Origin: Alphaproteobacteria bacterium
GTDB lineage: Bacteria > Pseudomonadota > Alphaproteobacteria > Rs-D84 > CACZYB01
Assembly (NCBI GenBank): GCA_017938435.1
Contig: JAGBBO010000008.1
Location: 143,344-207,343, forward strand
Reading direction: 5' to 3'
DNA: 64,000 nt
Made by a program: the position numbers and the translations under genes. Of this stretch, positions 50,492 through 59,531 are shown in pieces (position 1 is the stretch's first letter; each line of letters starts with the position of its first letter). The notes beneath the pieces are model-generated. The model was not told the origin of the DNA, made no database searches, and was given only the letters and a program-made list of their open reading frames with translations.

Positions 50492-52303
50492 TTATTTCTT
50501 TGCACCGAAAGAAAATCTTATATCCAAATCGCGAGCATCACTTGCATTTCTACCTTCTATTCTAACAACTCCAACAGCTTCTTCTGGATTACCATTGTTG
50601 CCAAAATATTGGAAATCTGCTTTTTCCAAGCTATTATCACCGACACGCATATCTTGGTCTGTTATATTTTTGTCATCAATTATTGCATCTTTTGATCCAT
50701 CTTTTTGTTTTGTTACAGTAATGGTGTAAGAATCATCAAAATCTGCAACTAACTTTTCTTGGATATTTTCATTTGGAGTTAATGACAAGGTAACAGAACC
50801 TGAAATATCAATAGCTTCATCAAATGCACCTTCATCTTGATTACTTCCTAATGTAACGCCTCCAAAAGCTTTTCCTTTAAATGTTATATCATCAGAAATA
50901 TTATTAATATCAATTTTATAATCAGAATTACCACCTGCAAAAGCATAACTTTCTGATCCTACATCATCTCCATTTTTTATACCATATTTTTCAAAGGCAT
51001 CTGATGCAAGTGTATTTTGTATCGTTATATTTCCAAATTGAGAATATGATAAATCAACTGTATTTCCGGCTAGCTCAATCTCAGTATCAATTTCAATTTT
51101 ATGATTATCAATAAAAGATAATGCAAAACCGTTACCTATATCAATAGATTTATTTTTTGCAATAGCTTCTGCTATATCTTCCTTTGTTATTTTTTTTACT
51201 TCTTCCCAGGCTTCTTGACCTTCTTCATCATAACGACCAGTTTTCAAATCTACAAGGTAATCAGAAAATTTTTCATCAGTAAGGACTTGGAATGTTTCCC
51301 AAAGGTTATCTGCATTAAATTCTGCTTTTCCTGTATAATTTCCGTTTTTATCAGAAGCAAAAGCTGGAATTTCAAATTTTTCCTGAAATTTTCCATCTTT
51401 TGAAAGAAGAACTGTGTTTGCAAAAGTGTATGTTTTACTGTTTAATGCAGTTTGAATACCGTTAACTTCTTTAAAATCTGAAAGATTAAAATCTGTATAA
51501 ATTGTTGATTTATATTTTGTTCTATCTTTATCTTCTGGATTATAGTATTCTGCAAAATCCTCATCCATATCATTAGTTAATCTTATACCTGTCACAGTAT
51601 TATTTTTATCAGTAATGAAAGACATATTTTCTAATTCATATTTTGAAAAATCAACATCAACTTTTTTAAAATCGCCGTTCATTTTTTCTTGCACAATAGT
51701 TTTTATATCATCTACTGTTTTATCAATATTTTCAATAAGTTCATCCATAGATATTTCTGTATTTGAAACATCAATAATATTACCCATTTCAAAAGCCTTT
51801 ATACCCTGAATCAAAGTGTTTTTTGCTACTTCTTCTTTTCCTTGGGATTTAAGGGTATCATTGAATTTAGAAATAATAGAAGTTCCTTTTTCAAAAAGTT
51901 TTGATGTCATAGTTAAAATATTAAAACCTTTTTCTATATCAGTAAGTTTTTCACCAGAATTTGCAACAATTAAACCTGATGATGAAACAGATGACCTATT
52001 CACTTTTCTTGAACTTGCACTTCTATTTGTTTCTTCTGGAGATGATATTGCTGTTTTATATGCTGTTTCTATAGCATCATAATTTGATATATCTATTGCA
52101 GTTCCAATATTTTCTTCAGCTTTTGAAATAATAGATGTTAAATTATCTGATTTAACAGAAAACACTTTTTGCGAAGCAGCTCTTTGTTCTGCTACTGATA
52201 ATGTTGGCTTTGTAGAACTAGGCAAAGTTGAAACAGGTGAATTTCCACCACCACAAGCAGTAAGTGTTAAAAGTAATGCGATTGAACTAACTTTATTTTT
52301 CAT
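50492..52303 (-). CDS. Lipoprotein with a TbpB/fHbp-type C-terminal beta-barrel-like region (candidate Slam/T11SS-dependent surface lipoprotein)
   Basis: MKNKVSSIALLLTLTACGGGNS is a lipobox followed by a Gly-rich tether. The C-terminus ...FKGKAFGGV...ADFQYFGNNGNPEEAVGVVRIEG....DIRFSFGAKK resembles the ...G.FYG..A.E.gG.......a.FGAKK ending of TbpB-like barrel domains. Confidence 0.6.
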   Translation of the reverse strand: MKNKVSSIALLLTLTACGGGNSPVSTLPSSTKPTLSVAEQRAASQKVFSVKSDNLTSIISKAEENIGTAIDISNYDAIETAYKTAISSPEETNRSASSRKVNRSSVSSSGLIVANSGEKLTDIEKGFNILTMTSKLFEKGTSIISKFNDTLKSQGKEEVAKNTLIQGIKAFEMGNIIDVSNTEISMDELIENIDKTVDDIKTIVQEKMNGDFKKVDVDFSKYELENMSFITDKNNTVTGIRLTNDMDEDFAEYYNPEDKDRTKYKSTIYTDFNLSDFKEVNGIQTALNSKTYTFANTVLLSKDGKFQEKFEIPAFASDKNGNYTGKAEFNADNLWETFQVLTDEKFSDYLVDLKTGRYDEEGQEAWEEVKKITKEDIAEAIAKNKSIDIGNGFALSFIDNHKIEIDTEIELAGNTVDLSYSQFGNITIQNTLASDAFEKYGIKNGDDVGSESYAFAGGNSDYKIDINNISDDITFKGKAFGGVTLGSNQDEGAFDEAIDISGSVTLSLTPNENIQEKLVADFDDSYTITVTKQKDGSKDAIIDDKNITDQDMRVGDNSLEKADFQYFGNNGNPEEAVGVVRIEGRNASDARDLDIRFSFGAKK

Positions 52304-52555
52304 AATAAATTCCTTTCTTTTGTTTATATTTTACCCTTTATATTGAAAAAAAAAGGGTGGTTTAATTTTCAATATCTTTTAAAAAATAAAATTGGCTATT
52401 TTTAGGAATTTTCTTGCAAAAATATTCCTTTTAATTATACTTAATTTTAAACCACCATTTAATTTATCATAACCACTAAATAAATTAGCATAAAGATTTT
52501 ATGCAAATATTTCTTTATTTTTTATCACAATAGTTGTAGAATGAAAAAATCTTGT

Positions 52556-52645
52556 GGAGAGGTGGCAGAGTGGTTGAATGCGGCGGCCTCGAAAACCGTT
52601 ATGGGGGCAACTCCATCGGGGGTTCAAATCCCTTCCTCTCCGCCA
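52556..52645 (+). tRNA. tRNA-Ser (anticodon CGA), CCA encoded
   Basis: GGAGAGG acceptor stem, D-arm GCAGAGTGGTTGAATGC, anticodon loop CTCGAAA, long variable arm TATGGGGGCAACTCCATC, T-arm GGGGGTTCAAATCCCTT, then CCTCTCC-G-CCA. Closely parallels E. coli tRNA-Ser(CGA). Confidence 0.92.
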
Positions 52646-52732
52646 TAAATGCTATAAGTTTTTGAATTTTCAAAATTTTATTTTCAATTTAGTATCAGTT
52701 TTTGTTAAAAAGGGCAAAAAGTGATACAGCAG

Positions 52733-54697
52733 ATGTCAAAAAATCAAAGATTATTTAAGCGAAATAATATTTTTTATTTGAGGGTTTCTATACCTCGAAA
52801 TATGGCTAAAATCCTTGGGGTTAAAGAGATAAAGAGGAGTCTTAAAACCTCTTCGTATGATGAGGCTTTAATAAGATTGCGCAGTGATACAGCAGATATA
52901 GATAAAATGATAGTTGATTTTAGTAAAAAAATATCTCATTCTTTATGTGAGGAGATAAAGAAAATGGAGATAAATGAATTTCGTGACAAAAGGTTTTTAG
53001 TTTTAGAAAAAGCAGAATTAGATAATGTTATATATGAAAGATTTTCTAATCTATATGTCTTTTATAAAATGATTTGCGACATTAAAGAAGATAAAGAAAG
53101 ATTAGAAAATGAAATAAAACGACATTACAAATACAATTATTTTGACTATGATTTGAATAAATATGATAAGTATATTATTGAAACTTTAAGTAATAAATTT
53201 ATTACTGCCGCCCCACTTCATCATAGAGAAAAATTCGCAATTGAAGAAAAAGTTATAAATGATGTAAAAAATGGAAAAATACTTTTAAGAGGCTGTAAGC
53301 CATACATGCCTTGTGAATTAGAAAATATGTATAAAATACATTATGAAGTATTTGATAATATTAAATACCCTAACCTTCTTTTTAATGAAAATGTTTATAA
53401 TCTTAAAAGTCTTCCATTTGAAGTAAGAGATAGTTTTATTTATATTGATACACATTACAAAATTCTATATGAAGATTACTTTATAAAGGGAAAAAATATA
53501 AAAGACTTTGATTTCTCTTATGAATTAAAAGAATGGGAGGAAATTTATAGACTTAAAAACAATATAGTTAAACAAACTGATTTTGCTAAAAGGCTTGAAA
53601 ATCTAAATAAACAATTTAAGTTAAAATATTCATCTTGGTATGAGTTATTTCAAGAAATGTGGAAGAAAAAGAAAAATGAAAGACCGGATATAAGCCAAGA
53701 AAGTTTTAATAATTATAAAAGAGTTATTGCCCTATTCTTTCAATTATTTAATACCAACAAAATAGAAGATATAACAAAAGAAAATTGTTTAACTTATATA
53801 GAGGATTATTTATACAGAATCCCACGAAATTATACAAAAATTAAAAGATATCAATATTTATCAGCAATGGAATTATTATTAAAGGAGGGAGATGTAAAAA
53901 ACAGATTATGTAAGAAAACTTTACAAACCTATGTAACTCCTATTAAAGAGATTTTTCATTATGCTTATATACATGATTTAGTTGATAACGATTTTTCTTC
54001 TATTCTAAAATCGCCAACAGTAACAAGACATGATAAATTAGAAACAAGAACAGTATTTTCAAAGGCTGATATTAAAGCGATACTTGAAAATTTACCACCA
54101 GCAAATCAAAATCCAACTAACTTTTTTGTACCATTGATAGCAATGTTTTCTGGTGCTCGCTTAAACGAAATATGTCAATTGACTGTTGATGATATTGGTA
54201 GAGAAGGACAGGTATATTATTTTTATATAAATGATAACAGTAATGTAAAATCTGTAAAAAATTCATATTCTATAAGAAAAGTTCCAATTCATAATATGCT
54301 CATTAAACTTGGTTTTTGGGACTATGTAAAATATAGAAGAACCGATACAATGTGTAATAGAGTATTTAAGGATGTTACTTATAACGAACACAATAATTGG
54401 GGAGGACTTTTCTCAAAGAGATTCAGTAGATTACTTGATAAAGCTAAAATTAAAAGAAATACTGATGAAGGAAAGAAATGTTTTCATTCATTTAGACATA
54501 CTTTTACTACCCAAGCACAAGAATGTGGTATAAGTACAGAATTTCGACATATTATATGTGGTTGGCAACAAAACTCAATTGGAGAAAGTATTTATGGAAA
54601 TCATGTTAAACTATCAACTATAAATAAAGAACTTCAAAAAGTAGAGTATAAAGGATTAAAGGTCGCATTTAATAAATTAAAAAAATGGAAACCATAA
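52733..54697 (+). CDS. Tyrosine-type site-specific integrase (unusually long, ~650 aa)
   Basis: N-terminus KRNNIFYLRVSIPRNMAKILGVKEIKRSLKT (arm-type domain). C-terminal catalytic residues FSGARLNEICQL (Arg), HSFRHTF (H-x-x-R) and ..GESIYGNH (Tyr). An alternative GTG start is at 52721. Confidence 0.85.
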   Translation: MSKNQRLFKRNNIFYLRVSIPRNMAKILGVKEIKRSLKTSSYDEALIRLRSDTADIDKMIVDFSKKISHSLCEEIKKMEINEFRDKRFLVLEKAELDNVIYERFSNLYVFYKMICDIKEDKERLENEIKRHYKYNYFDYDLNKYDKYIIETLSNKFITAAPLHHREKFAIEEKVINDVKNGKILLRGCKPYMPCELENMYKIHYEVFDNIKYPNLLFNENVYNLKSLPFEVRDSFIYIDTHYKILYEDYFIKGKNIKDFDFSYELKEWEEIYRLKNNIVKQTDFAKRLENLNKQFKLKYSSWYELFQEMWKKKKNERPDISQESFNNYKRVIALFFQLFNTNKIEDITKENCLTYIEDYLYRIPRNYTKIKRYQYLSAMELLLKEGDVKNRLCKKTLQTYVTPIKEIFHYAYIHDLVDNDFSSILKSPTVTRHDKLETRTVFSKADIKAILENLPPANQNPTNFFVPLIAMFSGARLNEICQLTVDDIGREGQVYYFYINDNSNVKSVKNSYSIRKVPIHNMLIKLGFWDYVKYRRTDTMCNRVFKDVTYNEHNNWGGLFSKRFSRLLDKAKIKRNTDEGKKCFHSFRHTFTTQAQECGISTEFRHIICGWQQNSIGESIYGNHVKLSTINKELQKVEYKGLKVAFNKLKKWKP

Positions 54698-54858
54698 AAT
54701 TTAACACCTAAAATCTTTACCATTCCCCTATTTTCTGGGGAGTTTTTTTTCATTTTTACACACTTCTCTATGTCAATATTTATATTTTTCCAGCGAATAT
54801 TGAGAATGATTTTTCATATCCATATCATCGTTCATATAAGCAAAATAGGAGATGAAAT

Positions 54859-55416
54859 ATGAGAAAATTACTTAAATTTATAGTGTCGATTTTTAACAGA
54901 ATAATCCTTAAATTTCCCCATAAAAAAGCCGTGAATAACAAAGAAATTAAACCTAACCCCCAGCCAATTAAACAAGAATATAAGCCAGCATTAAAACAAA
55001 TGCTTATAGATTTTAATGGAAACTTGGCGATTACTTTTGCTTTCAATAAGGAGGCTTCGTGTGGGATAACCACAGATTTAATTGAAAAAATAATCCGTAA
55101 ATGGAATTGTATGTTTTTCAGCAAAATATATGGGGCAAGGTTTTACAAACATTATAAAATCAAAAATATTCACACCATAGAACATTTGAAAAGTAATATA
55201 CATACTCACTCTGTTTATAAAATTGAGGATGAAGAGTATATCAAAGACCCAAAGGCTTGGATTTTGAAATACGAAAAATTAGCCAATAAACTGTTTAACG
55301 ATTTATGGTCTACTGGCACAGTATTTATGGATAAAATCCGTGATGAAGGTTGGTTTGACTATATGATAAAAGAAAACCATTCTCGTGAAGACTTGTCTTA
55401 CTTCATCCTACCATAA
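54859..55416 (+). CDS. Hypothetical island protein with a possible HUH-endonuclease-like motif order
   Basis: AGGAGA SD. LAITFAF ... NIHTHSVYK ... WFDYMIKE occur in the order of rolling-circle Rep motifs I, II (HUH) and III (YxxK). This is suggestive only. Confidence 0.4.
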   Translation: MRKLLKFIVSIFNRIILKFPHKKAVNNKEIKPNPQPIKQEYKPALKQMLIDFNGNLAITFAFNKEASCGITTDLIEKIIRKWNCMFFSKIYGARFYKHYKIKNIHTIEHLKSNIHTHSVYKIEDEEYIKDPKAWILKYEKLANKLFNDLWSTGTVFMDKIRDEGWFDYMIKENHSREDLSYFILP

Positions 55417-55449
55417 ATACTTATAAAGAATTAAAATAGGAGATAAATT

Positions 55450-55728
55450 ATGAATAGCAGACATTATTTTGGCAACGAAGATGAAGTTCAAGAGGCTCTT
55501 AAACAACTTTCCAATGGAGCATATGATATTCCAAAAACTTTGTATATAGTAAAAGGGTCAGACGCTCAACGATTAGTTCCTCATTTACTACCAGCAGATT
55601 ATAACCATTATGTTTGGTTAAAGGAGCCAGAAGAATATATCTCTTATCAACCACTTTTGATTATAGACGACGGTTCATCCTCTTGGTGTAGAGAGGTTTT
55701 GAATGAATTAAAGAAAGATGATAATTAA
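55450..55728 (+). CDS. Hypothetical island protein
   Basis: AGGAGA SD in a context almost identical to that of the previous gene. 92 aa; no motif recognised. Confidence 0.4.
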   Translation: MNSRHYFGNEDEVQEALKQLSNGAYDIPKTLYIVKGSDAQRLVPHLLPADYNHYVWLKEPEEYISYQPLLIIDDGSSSWCREVLNELKKDDN

Positions 55729-55765
55729 AGGGAGCAAAAATACTCTACCTTTACTAGTATTTATC

Positions 55766-55797
55766 ATAAAAAAGACTGTCATATAGACAGTCTTTCC
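55766..55797. terminator. Hairpin terminator between convergent island genes
   Basis: 10-bp stem AAAGACTGTC/GACAGTCTTT with loop ATATA. The A6 upstream gives a T-run on the minus strand. Confidence 0.65.
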
Positions 55798-55817
55798 AGT
55801 TAAACAACATATAAGGA

Positions 55818-57863
55818 TTACCAGTTGTGAGGTTCATAGTATTCAATAGTATTGTTTGCAGGTTTATCAGTCTTTCCAGTATAACCAGTAGCAAATACAC
55901 CATGAATTTCCATAAATTTACCTTGTTCATCACCTCTAACTACTAATGAATATCTACCATCATATTCATAAGGTTGAGCTCGGTGTGTTGTTGCATCTAC
56001 CGATGGTTCACCAGTCTTAGTTTTCATAGGTGTTTGGCTATACATATGACCTTGCATATCACTATCATACAAAGAAATGCCAGGGTTTGTAAGTTTAAGA
56101 TTATCATCTTTTACTTTTTCAGCTCCAGATAGCCAACCGTGCATATGTACACCAGCCTTATGACAGTTTGTGTCATCAGTGCATTGGGAAGGAATCGTGT
56201 CAACTGGAACACTTGTATAATTAATGTCATACCAATCATCAAAGGACATATGCATATTAGCATATACACGTTCTTTATCACCGCTGTATTGATATTTATA
56301 AACACGAATATTTATATCACCTTCTTTTATATCTGTTGTGGTTCCATATGTTTTAGCACATGCAACATTCCTATCCGAACAACCAGAAAACACAGTTGAT
56401 ACAAGAGCCATAGTTTTACCTTCAAAATTATATATCTTATCATCAGCAAGGTATTCTTGTTGGTCAATAAGGTATCTTTCTGAATCTTTGTTAGCTAGCA
56501 TAAATGAATCACCTGATTCTGTATGTTCAGTAATTGTATCTTTTGCTACTTGCTTACCAGAATTTGTAAATGTAATTGTATGGTTATAGTCATGGTATAT
56601 ATCCAATAAAGCTAGTGTTTCAAATCGTAAATTTCTTTCTTCACCATTTACAGTGTATTTTGTATCATTATTGTAAAGATAAAGCATAGCATCGGTTGTT
56701 ATGTTATAATCATGTTTTTGAGTTGTAGGTAAGCAATGTGTCCCCCAAGTATATACACCAATACCGTTTGCTTCACAGTCACTAAATTTTGCAGTTCTTG
56801 TAAGTAAACCATCGTTTTTATCATAATAGTAATAATAATTAGTGTTTTTTGAATATGACAATGTTGGATGCTCATACTCAACCACACTATCACTCTTTAA
56901 TGCTACTAGACCTTCTTTAATCAATTTTGGTGATGTAAAATGTAAATCATGCCTATATACTGCTGGAAGAACCCAATCTGTTTTATTATCATGAATATCA
57001 TCGTTGATTACACTATGTGTCATATTATTAAACCACACATTAGTAATATCAATAGATATATCCCAAGGGTCAAAATCATACTCATTATAAATAAATAAAT
57101 TAGGACGTGTTGAAGTTGCATATACATCGGTATTACTGATATCTCTTGTGGTTGTACGATATGTACAATCTTCATCACCACAATCCAATGTATCACGAAG
57201 ACCTTCTGCAATATATGGTGTCACAAAATCTGGGTTTTCAGCCAAAACCTTAGTATAATATTCATCACTCATTTCAACAGCATCATCGTATAAATTTTTT
57301 GCTATTTGCCTTTTGATAACCGGTGGTACATAATCGCCTGGATATATCCACGGTGTTGTTGGCTTTGTTGGCTCATTATTCACATTTGGGTCATCGGCTG
57401 GGTCTTGTGACGCTGGAGTATCTGTTGAACCATTTTCATTGCCAGTATTTGAACCAGTATTCTCATTACCACCTTGTGAAGAACCATTATCACCAGTATC
57501 ACTGTTGTTTTCATTACCACCTTGTGAAGGTGAATCTGTTGGTGTATTTGGGTCATCGGATGGGTCTTGTGACTCTGGATTATCTGTTGGGTCAGTGGTT
57601 GTTGAACCATTTTCATTGTCAATATTTGAACCAGTATTCTCATTACCACCTTGTGAAGAACCATTACTGTTATCACCAGTACTACCGTTGTTTTCATTAC
57701 CACCTTGTGAAGATGGGTCTGCTGGTGTATCAGGTGTTGTTGGAGTAATCTCACCACCGTTTATAATAGGACTTACAATATCCTTTGGTAAACCAGTTTC
57801 TGCTGAGCCACCACCGCCACAAGCAGTAAGAGCTAAAAGTGATATAAATAAAAGTTTTTTCAT
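55818..57863 (-). CDS. Surface-lipoprotein-like cargo protein (lipobox, Gly tether, repetitive low-complexity spacer, large C-terminal domain)
   Basis: MKKLLFISLLALTACGGGGS. SQGGNENxG-rich imperfect tandem repeats. C-terminus ...GKFMEIHGVFATGY... The start lies 19 nt after the stop of the Slam-like gene (an upstream ATG at 57878 lies only 4 nt after it). Confidence 0.6.
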   Translation of the reverse strand: MKKLLFISLLALTACGGGGSAETGLPKDIVSPIINGGEITPTTPDTPADPSSQGGNENNGSTGDNSNGSSQGGNENTGSNIDNENGSTTTDPTDNPESQDPSDDPNTPTDSPSQGGNENNSDTGDNGSSQGGNENTGSNTGNENGSTDTPASQDPADDPNVNNEPTKPTTPWIYPGDYVPPVIKRQIAKNLYDDAVEMSDEYYTKVLAENPDFVTPYIAEGLRDTLDCGDEDCTYRTTTRDISNTDVYATSTRPNLFIYNEYDFDPWDISIDITNVWFNNMTHSVINDDIHDNKTDWVLPAVYRHDLHFTSPKLIKEGLVALKSDSVVEYEHPTLSYSKNTNYYYYYDKNDGLLTRTAKFSDCEANGIGVYTWGTHCLPTTQKHDYNITTDAMLYLYNNDTKYTVNGEERNLRFETLALLDIYHDYNHTITFTNSGKQVAKDTITEHTESGDSFMLANKDSERYLIDQQEYLADDKIYNFEGKTMALVSTVFSGCSDRNVACAKTYGTTTDIKEGDINIRVYKYQYSGDKERVYANMHMSFDDWYDINYTSVPVDTIPSQCTDDTNCHKAGVHMHGWLSGAEKVKDDNLKLTNPGISLYDSDMQGHMYSQTPMKTKTGEPSVDATTHRAQPYEYDGRYSLVVRGDEQGKFMEIHGVFATGYTGKTDKPANNTIEYYEPHNW
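57384..57710. repeat. Imperfect tandem duplication (~183-bp period) inside the lipoprotein gene
   Basis: It encodes SQGGNENNGSTGDNSNGSSQGGNENTGSNIDNENGSTTTDPTDNPESQDPSDDPNTPTDSP, then SQGGNENNSDTGDN--GSSQGGNENTGSNTGNENGSTDTPASQDPADDPN. Confidence 0.85.
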
Positions 57864-57882
57864 TTCGAATCCTTTCATAATT

Positions 57883-59217
57883 CTAAAATCTTCGTGTTAA
57901 AGTTATGTTAAATAGGTTTTTATCAATATTTCTTTCAGGAATATTTGAATCTTTTTCTTGTCTTGTATAAGTAATAACAGGTGAAAAACCGTAAAAATCT
58001 AAATGTCTGTTTGATAATGAAATACTGTAATTATTGATAGTGTCATTTTCTTTCAATTCTACTATTTCAAGGTTTTTAATATATGTTCTTTCCTTTTTGT
58101 ATTTTACAAATAACCTGTTCCAACTTAAATCTATACTCAAACCGTTGTTAAAGGCATAACCACCACCCAAGCCATAAGTATTTTCATTATGTGGAGCATA
58201 TTGTGTCGATACATGTTTATAGTTATAAATAAGACTTAAATAAAATGCTGATGAAAAATTATAAACATACCCTGTATTCAATGAATAAGTATCAACTGAA
58301 ATATCTGGATAATCATCATAAGAGGTCTTTGATAACGAATTATTAAACCATAAATAAGATTTATTAAAGTCAAAAAGTGTTTTTAATTTTACTCCATCAG
58401 TTGATAAATATTCTGCATTATCAACCCAATCTTTTGTATAATATCCTGCCAACCAAATATCGGCATTATAGAAAGAAAATCTTGGCCCTATTGAGAATGT
58501 AGTAGTGGTTTCATCATATTCAGAGATATTATATTTGTTTATGTCATTTGCTAATTCTGCTTTTAATTTAACACCATCAGTAATACCAAATTCATAGTTA
58601 CCACCAAAATTTACATTATAACCAACTGCTTTTTTCGGTTCATCTAATTTCCTACAAAGAACACCAAATACTGTAAGAATACACTGGTCTCCACCAATGG
58701 CATTGTTTATATTATTATCAGGAGCAACACCAAATGAAAACCAAGCATTCCATTTTCTGTTCTTTCTTGCTAAATATCTTTGATAATTCAAAAATTGAAG
58801 TGTATCCGCTGGCATTTCATCGGCAGAAGCAAATTTATACTGTTTTTCTGCTCTATACCATTCTTCTTTAAGAAAATATAAGTGTGCTAACTCAATTCTA
58901 ATACGAGTAAGTTTAGGATTATAATCGAGCATCTGTTGATACAATGCTATTGCTTCATTGTATCTTTTTAATCCAGTCAAACATTCTGCTATAAGGAAAA
59001 GTCTTTCTATTTCTAATCTTTCTGACGCATAAGTATCAATATCAAAAGCAAATGTTTTCAATAAGTCATATGCATCTTGGTATTCCTCTTTTTCAACTAA
59101 TTTAGTTGCCGTATCCAAAGCAGTTTTTCTGGATACGACAACAGATTCAGCCTTTGATGAAATTGGTAAGGCTAAAAAGAATAGCACAAAAATAAATAAA
59201 GAGATAATCTTATTCAT
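57883..59217 (-). CDS. Slam-like outer-membrane protein (N-terminal TPR plus DUF560-type beta-barrel; type XI secretion component)
   Basis: Signal peptide MNKIISLFIFVLFFLALPISSKA. TPR-like helices (..YQDAYDLLKTF.., RYNEAIALYQQMLDYNPKLTRIRIELAHLYFLKEEWYRAEKQYKFA). Then ..RKWNAWFSFGVAPDNNINNA.. and alternating beta-strand sequence ending ...NLFNITLTRRF (terminal Phe). Confidence 0.7.
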   Translation of the reverse strand: MNKIISLFIFVLFFLALPISSKAESVVVSRKTALDTATKLVEKEEYQDAYDLLKTFAFDIDTYASERLEIERLFLIAECLTGLKRYNEAIALYQQMLDYNPKLTRIRIELAHLYFLKEEWYRAEKQYKFASADEMPADTLQFLNYQRYLARKNRKWNAWFSFGVAPDNNINNAIGGDQCILTVFGVLCRKLDEPKKAVGYNVNFGGNYEFGITDGVKLKAELANDINKYNISEYDETTTTFSIGPRFSFYNADIWLAGYYTKDWVDNAEYLSTDGVKLKTLFDFNKSYLWFNNSLSKTSYDDYPDISVDTYSLNTGYVYNFSSAFYLSLIYNYKHVSTQYAPHNENTYGLGGGYAFNNGLSIDLSWNRLFVKYKKERTYIKNLEIVELKENDTINNYSISLSNRHLDFYGFSPVITYTRQEKDSNIPERNIDKNLFNITLTRRF

Positions 59218-59237
59218 TAGTATTATTTCTTCACAAA

Positions 59238-59531
59238 TTATTTAGCTAAAAAATCAATAATTTTTTTGTTATTCTCCAAAATTTTATCTTCATTGTTAAA
59301 ATATAATTTTACTCTCTTATTAAAATCATCTCTATTATTTACGACAATTCCATTTATTATAGATATCAATAAATCATATCTTGTATCTAAATATATCTTT
59401 CTATTAAATATAATATTCTTGAAATTTTCATCATTTGAAAAATTTTTAACTAATTTATTTATCATTTTAATTTGATAAGATTTTATTTTGTTTATTGTGC
59501 GTTTTATAAAAAATAGTTTTATTAAATTCAT
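59238..59531 (-). CDS. Hypothetical small protein, first gene of the Slam operon
   Basis: AAAGGA SD. 97 aa, Lys/Asn/Ile-rich, no signal peptide. Confidence 0.4.
   Translation of the reverse strand: MNLIKLFFIKRTINKIKSYQIKMINKLVKNFSNDENFKNIIFNRKIYLDTRYDLLISIINGIVVNNRDDFNKRVKLYFNNEDKILENNKKIIDFLAK

Noticed and set aside
57323-57900. Three long ORFs (141, 125 and 153 aa) on both strands overlapping the 5' part of the island lipoprotein gene.
   Set aside because: They lie entirely within the low-complexity tandem repeat of the 55818-57863 gene. They have repetitive, compositionally odd translations and no SD. They are artefacts of the repeat keeping alternative frames open.
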